A stretch of 64,000 nucleotides of DNA from Dimorphilus gyrociliatus (taxonomy: Eukaryota > Animalia > Annelida). A program made the translations under genes and the position numbers. The notes beneath the pieces are model-generated. The model did no database searches. It was given only the letters and a program-made list of their open reading frames with translations, and had not been told where the DNA came from. The stretch lies in NCBI GenBank assembly GCA_904063045.1, contig CAJFCJ010000025.1, positions 248,001-312,000 on the forward strand, written 5' to 3'. Each line of letters begins with the position of its first letter. The stretch's first letter is position 1. Positions 29,301-40,830 of the stretch are shown piece by piece.

Positions 29301-32300
29301 CGCTTTGCTAGATGGCTAAAGAGAAATCCTTGATAGTCATTAAAGGTGTCACAACAACGACACCCAGCATTGCTTTTATCTCTTATAATTTTTATTCTAT
29401 ATGTATTTATAGATAATATGGAAATCTCCGGACAATATTATCCTCACCATGGACTACCAACCACAAACAGATGAACCGAGGTACAGCATTATTGGGGAAG
29501 AAAATGAATGGAATTTGCAGATAACTAATGTTCTTTGGGAAGATCGAGGAAGCTACCAGTGCCAGATCAACACCAAGCCAATCAGATATAAAACAGTTAA
29601 CGTGAACGTACAAGGTAAGACATATTACTTCTAAGCCAAGCCAGATAATTAGCATGTTAAGGTAATTAGGAGAGTATTCTGAATTGATTAGGTAATATTT
29701 ACAAATTAGCCTAACAATCCTTTTTAAGCAGCTCTTTTTTTCCCATGTTACCATCTACTTACAATATGGTCTAATGAACTTGAAAATGTTCTAAATGGCT
29801 ATGATAATCAGCGTGTTATGAGAGTGTTTAAATAGTTAATTAATGGAATCTAGTGTCCGCACTTTAGTAATATTTAGATTAAGGACTCTGATGAAACTGT
29901 TTATTTCAAGGTAAAATGAGAACAATTAAAGCTCTTTGATCCAATAAATAGTTGATTAGAACATAACTAAGACGAAAAGAAGTGAAGTATAATAGTAAAG
30001 AGGAAGTGAGGGCGGGTGAGGATTGACTGATATATTTCAGTTTTTATTATAGTTTTGACAAAATATCGTGTAATATTTCTTTCTATACTTTAATTTATTT
30101 AATGGAAAAATGTAAAATATAAAGAGAATAATGTTCACTTTATATAAATTATAATCCAGATAAAAGCTAAATGTCAAAATACAAAATATAATTGCTATTT
30201 TACCAGAGCTTTTAGACCATCCATAAATTGTATAGAGACTATTGTCAATCACTATTTTTTCGCCTATTACGACGCCTCCACGTGACAGACGTTGACAAAC
30301 TAGTAAAAAAAAAAAGGAAACTAAAGGGAGGATGGAAGGGTAGAACGAAAAATACGTTCGTGACGAGAATATTCCTTTTTCGTTTTTTTTTACCAATTGG
30401 ATAAGTTAAGGTTAGAAAAAAACATATCAATACCAATTTCCCGTCTAAAATGTAATAATCTATTCAAATTTTTGTATAAATTCCTTGTCATTATATTTTT
30501 TACTTACAAAAATTTAATTTCCCAATTGTTTACTAAAAGATATCCGAACTTTAGTTAGTTTCTTTCTTTGATGTTATACAGAGTGTAAAGAAGTCAAACT
30601 TTACCTCTTTTTCTCTTCTGTTAAACTAAAAAGAAATAAGAATTACTTCTCCTTTTTATACAGCCGAAACCGTTTCTTTTTCTATTACTCTTTTTTAGGG
30701 CTATAATCTTTGTTTTTTTAAAAAAAAAAAAACAATTAACAATACTTAATAAAATATAATTTTAGGTAATTAAACCAATTCTCTCCCTTTTTTTTCTCCT
30801 CTTTTGTTAGTTTAGTTAAAAATTTCCAGATATGAAAGAATGAAAATACAATTTTCTAATGCAATTTCCTATAGTATAACAAGCAAAATGGGTCGTTTCA
30901 ATGTAAAATAAAAAATATATAGAGCAAAGAAAATCGAAATAAACTGTATTAATTGAAAAATTGTGGTTTAAAACAATTAAAAAACAAAGAAAGAAAGTTG
31001 TAAACAAGACGAGAACAATAAGGAGGAAGAAAAATTAAGAGAAACTTATAGAAAGACGAGAAGATATTGGAAAGAGAAAGAGAAAGAGAGAGAGAGAGAG
31101 AGTGGGAAGGGAAGAGAGACACAAAAAAATGACAATATACAGTATATACAGTATACTGTAACCCAACAGTATATATAAATCCTTAATATTTAAATACTAA
31201 AGGAATAATTATTAGTAAAAGTGTTATTTAAAGCATCTAAGATTCATTAGATCTAAGTAGTTAGATTAATCTTTCTCTTTTGTCTTTCTTTTGTTTGTTA
31301 ATGTTTTATAGGCCTATTACTTCATATATAAAAAAAGAGGAATTAGATGAAAATGCGTTCTATATAATAGAGAATGTATTATACTAGAGATATAAATGTA
31401 TAAATCATAGACTTTTATTCATTATAAAGTCTTAATTATTAATAATTTATTTAATCGTAATAATCTCTTATTAATTCTTCAAATTATAAATAGGTTGATT
31501 AAGTAGGCTATAAATATCCAATAACCTATATACTGTATAGAAAGTGTTTTTCTATATATTGGCCTATAAATTTTGACATTACAACAGCAGGATACACACA
31601 AAAAATGAAAAAGAGAAGATGCATATATGCATCACTTAATTGTGTTAATAGAATATATAATTGGGTTATTTTTACCGTTGACATTGTACTAATTATGTTC
31701 TTCCCAACACACTTTACTCCTAATGTAATGATGTTTAAACCCTCCTATCAACAATTAAACAGAAAACGCAGGTTCCCTATTAATTATACATATAAGAAAG
31801 GATAATATAAAGCGTTCATTAGCACGACTCAAATATAAAGTCAACTCTTTTTTTCGTTCTTTTTTTTGTTCTTGAGAGAAAGTAACAATATCCTTCAAAC
31901 AATCATTATCGTTGTTAAGAAACGAAATCTTCACATTTCAATGTCCAAAGATACATATTAATATAGATGTTCAAATGTTGCACGATGTGTAGAAGAAAGA
32001 TAAAGATATCTATAGAAAAAAAGACAGAGAAAGGACGCAGACTCAATGACAGAGACAAGCAGCAGTTTTATCATAGTCCTAATTAATGATTAATGATTTA
32101 TACATTAAATAACAAAAAAGAAGACGGATTTTCATAATTGGCGAAGATTTCTTGCGGCGTTTATCAATAATTATCGCAATAAATCTAGCTTTAAGGGAAA
32201 GTCAATATAACCTAGATATCAGACGTATTTTACTAAATAAGCCATATAAGAAGTTTTGTCTTTTAATGGAAAATATTGTAATTAATAAGGTATTTGGAAA

Positions 32301-33344
32301 AGGGTGATGATTTTCTCCTTTTTTCGTCCTTATTAAAAACTACTTTTCTTTTAGTTGCTATGAATGCAGAAGAGACAGGGAGAGAGAGGGAGATAGAAAG
32401 AAGGTGGGAGAAGAAAAAGATTACAACTCTCTACTATAACTCCCTATATATCTATTCTTTTATAAATGACAGAATAGAATGAAAAAACAGTTTTTGGATA
32501 TAGCTAAAACAGACAATGGAGAATAATATTTTGTAGAAATAAAATTTCTAATATAAAAAATTCCTATGGGAAACTACCTAATCTCTGATAAAAATGTTAC
32601 TACTAGCTCCATAAATAGAATCTAAAGGCGTTTATATGTTTTTGGATTGTGAACAACAGATCAATAGTTGCTTCTCTCTCCCTCTCTCTCTCTCTAGTGA
32701 ACTAACAGTCTAATTGCTGAGAAGAGAATGACATGAATGGAGATAGTGAAAGAGTGAGCAAGAAAGAGAGAAAGAGAGAGAAACGGAGGTATGGGAGGAG
32801 GGGTGTATGAGGAGTTAATAGAAAGAAACATAGTTTTCTTTCTACTGCTTATTAGCAATGCTTATATTATTAATATTGAGCAATTGAGTGCTAATTAACT
32901 CAAGTACAACTAAATTTTAGTACTTGAAAGTCTTATGCTCTCAAATAGCATAACTTTTATAGAGATAGGAGAAATGAAGTGTCAAACACACTTGTAACAA
33001 TATAACATTAGGAAAAACGATAAGTAATTAAGAGAAATGGGGACGTGAAAAACGTACATATAATCTCTTTGAAACTTTCGAAAACAAAGTAATTTCGATC
33101 TTATATGATTGTAAGCCTATAAATTATTACTAGAGAACGCTCTGTTAATGCTTTAGACGTTTTCATAAGAAGAATAATAACGACGTCATTCCTACCAATG
33201 TACCGGAACGAAGTGAGCAAGTAACGGAAGAAGTCCTTTATTAAGATATTACTAACAGCATATTCTAATTAAGAGAGGCAGTTGGATAGAGTCAGAGGAA
33301 GAGAGAACGAAAGAGAGAAAGACAAAGAAAGAGCGAGAGTGACA

Positions 33345-33384
<40 letters not shown>

Positions 33385-36300
33385 AGGAAAGGGTGGATCA
33401 TAAATAGAAAAGCGAATAGAAAAAGAGAAGATGGAAGGGTGATAAAGCATATATAAAACGACACGTGTGAAAAAAAAATTAGACGCCCACCAATATCGAA
33501 ATATAGATATATAAACGGCTCGAATTGCTTCAAGGGACTGCTGTGTCCATATGATCATTAATCACGTAGCAGTGGCTTATAATTATCATTATTATACAAG
33601 GTCAAGGTCTGCTATAAGCAATAGACAAATTGTATGAGACGAAAAGAGGAAGAAGTTGGAGACGTATGCTCTACTTATAGGCTATAAAGTCAGCAAAAAT
33701 TCGCTACATTCCTTTAATTAAAAAGTATAAGTAGCCTACTTGCAGAATGCATGACTTGGATCTTAAATATCTTACTGAATAGTTGACTGAGCCTCTTTCA
33801 ATTGAGGTTTTCCTATAGGTCTTTAATGCGTTCTCTCCCTATAGTGTTTTCGTGCAGTCTCTTAATTAATGTTAAATAACGTTTCATCTTTACATAATTA
33901 CAAATTTAAGACCAAGCTACATTTAAAATGTTGACAAATAGGAATAGCAGCAGAATTAAGTATAGGAAAGATAAAGAGCATAGAAATGAGAAAGAGAGTG
34001 TGCAAAGAGAGAAGAGCGAAAAGTTTTCAATCTAATTCCTCACCCAGAATTTGTTTACGTAGTAACGTACGCATCTTAGAGGTGACCCCTAATTGACCGC
34101 CGGCCGCAACCTAAATGATTTAGGCGTCGAACGCTAATCCCAACAGCAAACTACTGCAAAAAGGCGGGTACGTTGGTTAGTGCACGTGTTAATGCACTTT
34201 ACCGCAATATATACAAGAGAAATATTTATCGAATTTCGTGCTATTTATCATCAGTTGGTTTATTTATAAAAGACTGTATATTAAACGGTTAATGTGTAAA
34301 ATGACGTTACACTTTTTCAGTTCCGGCTGCCATTGTTGACGAATTTTCCAGTAACGATGCGACAGTTGATGAAGGGGAAACGGTAGTTCTTTACTGTAAT
34401 GTCACCGGAGTTCCTCGACCAGAAGTCACGTGGTATAAAAAGCCATTTCGCGGTTTGGATATCGACAGGTTTGCTATTTATTATTTTCAAATTAACACTC
34501 GTATTCAAAAAGCCTTACAAAGAAGATGAAATTTTACCAATACTTAATTATGATATGAACTATACACGATAGGCCTATTCTAGTTAATAGTAAGACCAAT
34601 AGACCAATATTAACGCTATTAGGAACTGCTTAATAGACTTGTATACACACGAGAATGTTGTATTTTTTTTTTAAATTTCCGCAATTATCTTAAAATTGGT
34701 TACGTAAAAATAGATACATTTAGTTGGAAGTCTAGGATGAAAAATAGCCTGAAATCTTATAAAGAGTAGAGAGTCAGATTCCAGAAAGTAAGTTTCCAAT
34801 TTTAGGCCAATACGAACTTTATTTAAGGAGGAAAACATAAATTATATATATATATATATATATACATATTTCTATATTTATATATATTAGCATATTAGCG
34901 GATATCAGTCTATATATACTATATATATGTATAATTTATACAGTGTGAAGCTAGAAACAACTAAATATTTCATAATGCTGATTGTTTTAATATAGAAAAC
35001 TTTTGGTCCCTAAAGACTATTGTAAAATTGATTAATAAGATATATTAGAATGTTTTAGTTATAAAAAAAGAAAAGGGAAAAAAGGGAGGGATCATAGAGA
35101 TCATGTTGTACTCTAATAGAAGTTTTAAGATGAAAGAAGATAAGTACAGAATATCTTAGGATATAGAGGGAATAAAGTAATAAATAAAAACTTGGAAATC
35201 TCTCTTCTTCCTCTTTATCATGCAAGACTCGTTAAAACGTTTCCACTTTTCACTGCTAGCTAGTCGTTGTTTGCATATCAAAACAGAAAGGCGTTTAAAT
35301 ATTTACCGTCGCTTATAAACCAAATGCCCATTGATTTTTATAAACGTTTTTTCTTGTAATAATAAAAATATTATGAAATAATTTTACTAGAAAATATTTA
35401 AATAAAAGTTATAGAAGTAATAAACAAAAATTGTTCATTACTTTATCTAAATGTTCAATAAAATAATAATAAAGCAGCCATAAGAATAAACTGCAATACT
35501 GTAAAAAGCTATAAAACTGCTAAGTTAATTTAGGTCTAGTTTTCGTATAGTAAAATGAAATAAATAAGAATCCTTTTTACTAATTTAATTTTTATTTTAT
35601 TATCAAATAAAAATAATAATAAAACGTAATTTTTTATAGGCAAAAATTAGATAAAACAGGCGAAATGCTTGTTATAAAAAATGTCTCACGCTATTGTGAT
35701 GATATCTACTCTTGCGTTGCCGAAAATGGTGTTTCTTCTGCCGTTAGTAGACAAATGAGAGTGACGGTTGAATATCCTCCAGAAGTTACTCTTCCTTCTT
35801 CCAGAATGAGACAAATTCTGGGTAAAGCTACAATGTTTGAATGCAAGGTTAACGCCTTTCCTGTAGGAGAAACCAGTTGGAGGAAATTCGGTGAAAAAAT
35901 ACGAATAAAGGAAGAAGATTCTGGCTTCTCAACAGACGCCTATGAAATAGGTGGAAATACTTGGGTTGTAACGTTAACAATTACCAAGGTCAGACAAACT
36001 GATTATGGAAAATATGAATGCTATTCTAGCAATCCATTGGGTTCAGATTCAGAGACATTGGAATTTTTCCGTAAGTTTTTAATAATAAATATTCATTTTC
36101 CGGATTCTTTATTATTTTATCTTCTATTGTTAAATAAGTTCCAGAGAAGTGATTATTCTTACCTAAGCAAATAAGCAATTTGTCCATATAACGCTTTATA
36201 TAATTCTTATAATTGCATAATAGAATAATACACGTAATAGTTATAATAATAATAATAATTATTAAGTATAGACTAAATGATGCTATTCTTAGACTTACTA

Positions 36301-36695
36301 ATGCATTGAAATTATAGTATATTCAGTATATGTTATCATTTATAATAGAGAGTAAAAAGAGAAAAGAGATAAAGCCAGCGTTTATGTTTAAATTACAGCT
36401 TATTCTGTTGAACCGAAACCGACTAAAATAAGCGTTGAATACAATGATAAAGAGAAACATAAGCTGAAAAAATCGACAGGATACAAGCACGACAAAAATT
36501 CGTCTAACAAAGGTTTGTAATCGATGGAGTAAATATTAATAAAATTACGCCACTGTTTCTCTCATTTATTCAGAATTACCGATACGACGACGTGCTCGCA
36601 ATGGTTCGGGTGACAGCAAAAGCAATATGACGTCGCTGCATCTGACCTTACTCGCCTTGACCTTGACTATAACTTTTATAAGTCTCATTTGCTGA
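20392..36695 (+). CDS. Lachesin/IgLON/DIP-like GPI-anchored cell adhesion protein with three Ig domains (about 434 aa)
   Basis: join(20392..20446,23949..24008,24393..24458,26638..26744,29413..29614,34321..34468,35640..36070,36399..36512,36574..36695). All introns are GT-AG and the phases are consistent (1305 nt). Signal peptide MKIMEIFLLFIITIPFIKA. Ig1 EPTFDSAVQNITV..LPC..W..WNLQITNVLWEDRGSYQCQINT; Ig2 VDEGETVVLYCNVTGVPRPEVTW..DDIYSCVAENGV; Ig3 YPPEV..FECKVNAFP..DYGKYECYSSNPLG. Hydrophobic C-terminal tail LHLTLLALTLTITFISLIC*. Confidence 0.93.
27531..27560. repeat. (GATA)n microsatellite
   Basis: Direct reading. Confidence 0.9.
28624..28684. repeat. Compound (CA)n/(TA)n microsatellite
   Basis: Direct reading. 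Confidence 0.85.
33345..33383. repeat. Compound (GT)n(GA)n microsatellite
   Basis: Direct reading. Confidence 0.9.
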
Positions 36696-37188
36696 TTTCT
36701 CGAAATCGACGACCTTTTCGTTCCTTTACATTAAATGACTCCTCATAATGTGTTTTTTTCTGTCTTATTTTGGATGATAGTCCTCTTTTCTGTATACTAC
36801 ACCTTACAAAGTAATTCTCTCTCTCTCTCTCTCCTTCTCTCTATCTTACTCTCTCTCTCTCACCCACTTCTCTCGAATCTGCACTCAAACAGCTTCAATT
36901 TTAATCGACGAAGACTTTCTTCTTGAGTTTTTCGTGCTAAAATTTTTATCCTGGGTGAAGACTGCTCGGTTTTCTGCGATCTCCAGGCAATCCTGTACGT
37001 TGTTTTCCACTTATTTTTGTATAAGAAAAAATATCAGCAAAAACTTTCAAATTTTCCATTCAATTCCTTTCAAGATAATCGGCGAGAGAACAATTCCTTT
37101 TTTTATGGTAGTGGCGCCATCCAACGCTCAAAAGAAATCATTCGAGAGAGTTTTTATAAATTTACATTTATGTATATCGTATATCATA

Positions 37189-37212
37189 TCTATATACATA
37201 TATATATATAAA

Positions 37213-37243
<31 letters not shown>
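37189..37243. repeat. (TA)n microsatellite in the lachesin-like 3' region
   Basis: Direct reading. Confidence 0.9.
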
Positions 37244-37246
<3 letters not shown>

Positions 37247-38705
37247 TGTATATACTGATTATATATAATCATATATATTGTCTCTATTTGCTTATTTTCT
37301 ATTAAAATAACTTATGTACAGTATATTTAAAACAATGAATCAATGAAAAATTACAAATTTACTATTTCTATATATAAATATATATAGAATCTTAATGTAA
37401 ATTTTAGTCGAATATAAAGAAAAAAGCTATAAAAAGAAAAATATAGTCAAAAGATATAATGAATTATTTTCCTTCTAATTTCAACTAGTCTTCTCTTTTC
37501 ACGATAAAAAGATAAACAACAACAACAAAATAGGCTAAAATTGATCCTAAAACTATATATATATATATAGATAAATATTAAGTGTAAACTAAACGATTTT
37601 CCTTTAATCGTATGAATAAACAAAATAAAAATGCTAGCCTTTCGATAAAAAGTCAACCTCCTAAAAAATGGGGAGAGCTTATTCTAGCGTATCGACTTCC
37701 GGTGTTCTGCGAATCGTTACTGGCACTATACCTTTCCAGGTAAATTTATTGAAAAATCAAAGAGCAAGATGTTTTAAGAAAAAAAAATCAAAAGTAGGTG
37801 AAAGTAAATCTTGTGTGAAGAGAGTAAGGAAAGGGCGAGAGGGGAAAGATCGAAAGCGCACTATAGCCGATAATTTACGCAAAGTGCTTGTTATTCTTAT
37901 ATCTTTTACCTCTCTCGACGACTTATGCATGAATAATGTTATTTGGAAAACAAATTAATTAAGGAGAAAATATTACAAACTCATCTGAGAGGGGAGAGCT
38001 TTTTATTGTAGAAAAAGCTTCATATAGTAAGCACGTGAAGAGAGAAACAAGCTAGGCCGAATTGTCCGATTATCTTGAAGAGAAAGGGACGTAGTTTTTC
38101 CTTTTCATCATTTATTAATGTATTACTTTGAATGCATATATATATATATATGAACTTTTACATCAGTGTAATCTCTTCCAAAATGCTATTTGGGTACTTT
38201 TTTTAACATTACTTTCTTTTTCTCATTCATAATAGTTTCGTATTGTTTTAACATTAATGCGTTTTTCGCGTTCTTGCCACGCGGCTGCGAAATATTTTCG
38301 CTAGCAGACGCTCGAGTATTGATCTTAGATTAGTTTGTACTAGGTCCGTTCATGAATAATGTATGTTAATTAAAGCCTAAATCGTGTCTTTTTTTCTATT
38401 ACGACTTGTATAGCGAAAAAAACGTTGTATATTGCTTTTACTTGTATGAAATATGCAAAAGAGACAAAACACATATAACTTAATTTTTAATGTAACAATT
38501 AATAAACACTGTAAATATTCAGTCACTATATTTATATTTAAGTATGTACATATATCAAGTACATTTATATATATAATGTATATATATATACTAATATATA
38601 TATATATATATACTGTATATGTACTATTATATGTTATTTGTGTAAAATATGATTAAAAATATTATTACCATCAATACACTTTTGTTTATTCGTTACACTT
38701 GGAAT

Positions 38706-38720
38706 GACGCCATCTGGCGG
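38706..38720 (-). promoter_or_regulatory. CTCF-like motif (reverse complement ccgccagatggcgtc)
   Basis: Best match in the window to the CTCF consensus; lies between the lachesin-like and lyase genes. Confidence 0.55.
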
Positions 38721-38850
38721 TTTATTAAATTAAAACAATTAATTCCGTCGACGGTGCGGAAAATTATCTAGACTTCAGTGAACGTTGACTAAAACGGCAA
38801 AAAGTCGAAGTGAATATTTTGAAGAGAATCTTCAAAAAATGTCTATTGCC

Positions 38851-38940
38851 TTACTCATCCTCGTCCTCTTCTATATCCTCTTGTAGATTCTCGTAATTAA
38901 TGTTTTTACCATCTGCGCCCTTTGAAGTTGGACGGGTATT
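38851..38940 (-). CDS. Candidate acidic terminal exon (NTRPTSKGADGKNINYENLQEDIEEDEDE*), possibly an alternative 3' end of the PLP lyase
   Basis: Protein-like open frame, AAG acceptor and a downstream AATAAA on the minus strand (38721-38726). Phase 0 fits a donor gtttgc after 40843. Confidence 0.35.
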   Translation of the reverse strand, partial: NTRPTSKGADGKNINYENLQEDIEEDEDE

Positions 38941-40830
38941 CTTATTGGCCAATGAGAAGTTTATTTAGCCGACTTTATTCATTTTGCCCTATAATAGATG
39001 ACCATATTTGAAACGGGATCATGCCTTGTGTTGGAAAAACGAAGAAAAGAATAAATAAAAGCTTTTCCATCCTATATATTCGAATTACATGTTTCCATTA
39101 ATTCAAGGATGGAAAACGATGGATATATTTAGAGAATGTGCGAACTAATTAGCGAAATAATTAAAATGGTCTTTTACCTAGAGGTCACCTTATTGATTGA
39201 GAAGATAAATTAAAAAAATTTCCGATCAATCAGCTATACGACTGGAAAATTACCTTTCTTCTAATTAATTTTAAATTATCAATTCTTTTCCCTTAAAGAC
39301 GTCTATCAAAGTTTTCATTAATATACAATAAACTTCCTTCCTCACCTCTCAAACCTAAGTAGTTCATTAGCGTGATAAGTATACCAAAGACATTGGTGCT
39401 TAACGATTACATCATGCGCTTATATAATATAGATACCCCAAGCATTCCTTATCGATCTATAATTGCCAAGAAAAGAAGATTATGTGAATAATGAAGGGAA
39501 ATATGAACAGTATATAATAGCAGATGGGATGGAATGAAGAGAGAATCATTATCTTTCACCAATTGCTACAATTTTTCTTTAAAAGACAAGTTAAAATAAA
39601 AGATGATGAAAAATCATTCTTAACTTTATTCCAGAGACACAGAGTTAAGCCGATTTAGTGATTAAAATCGAAAAGTCGCATTTAATGATGTCCTTTAAGC
39701 GGCGAAGCGTCTTACTCTCCAGTTTGTAATTTACTAACTTGTGACGATACTTGCGTCAATTTCTCACTCCATATTACCTTTTGTTATTAACCGGATATAA
39801 CTTCCTCAATCCTAATAAGATTTAAATAGCCAAATCTAGATTATTTTTTCTTTAAAAAAAAAAAAATAACTAGAAAAAAAAACTTTTACTCATGTTTTGT
39901 CTTTTTCAATAGAAACCTAAAAAGAAAAAACTTGAGGGTCACCAAAAGAATATTTTTTACCTTAATTTAATTCAAAGTACAACTAAATAGGCTTTGTGAG
40001 TTTTAAAATAGATTTTTTTTATTCTATCTTTCCTTTCTCTAACGAAAATTTCATCTTTCTTAAAAGCTTAATTAGAATACTGAATTTGGTGGGCACCTGG
40101 TACTCTTTTTCTTTCTTTTTTTCTTTTTTTTGAATTAGTACTTAGGCCTAGTCTTATTGATTTCTTCGTTTTTAGAATAGATGTTACAAAGATAAATTAG
40201 TGGACATAAGATTTATAAATTATATACAAATATATATGGGAAGAATTCAGAGCATAAAATAAAACAAAAAGAACAAGTTCTAGCTCAACTGCCATAGAGG
40301 TCGCTTGTTCATGCGAAAAGGAAGTGTTTGTAAAGTAATTGTTGTTGACAAGATACCGCGATTTTTTGGCATTAGCATACAGTTATTTTGTTTTTGGTTA
40401 GCGCTTGATTACTAGTTTACTATCTGCTGTGAACTCTTTTTCACATGACAAGATGCTTGGAAAAGGAAAATGGTACAGTTAGAAGAAAGTAGAAAGGAAA
40501 GAAAGAGACTTAATATTTTCATTAAGTAGTCTGCCTATTCTTTATACGTTTATGACGTAGTAGAAAATAATTGCGATCCATTCTATCTATCATTCCAATA
40601 TATATATATAATAGATATTTTCCCTGTTTTGCAGTTTCGACAAGTTCCAAGCTTATTTTTATCAATAATCAAATCTTTATTTATTTAGAATGCTTAATTA
40701 CCAATTAAAGCATGAAGAAAAGAAACACTGAGTTAATCATCTTATATCTGTGGTTTTATTGACTACTAATTATCGTGCCAAGAGTAGAAGGAAAAGAGAT
40801 CGAGCTCTACGAAAGAATACAAAGGCTGTT

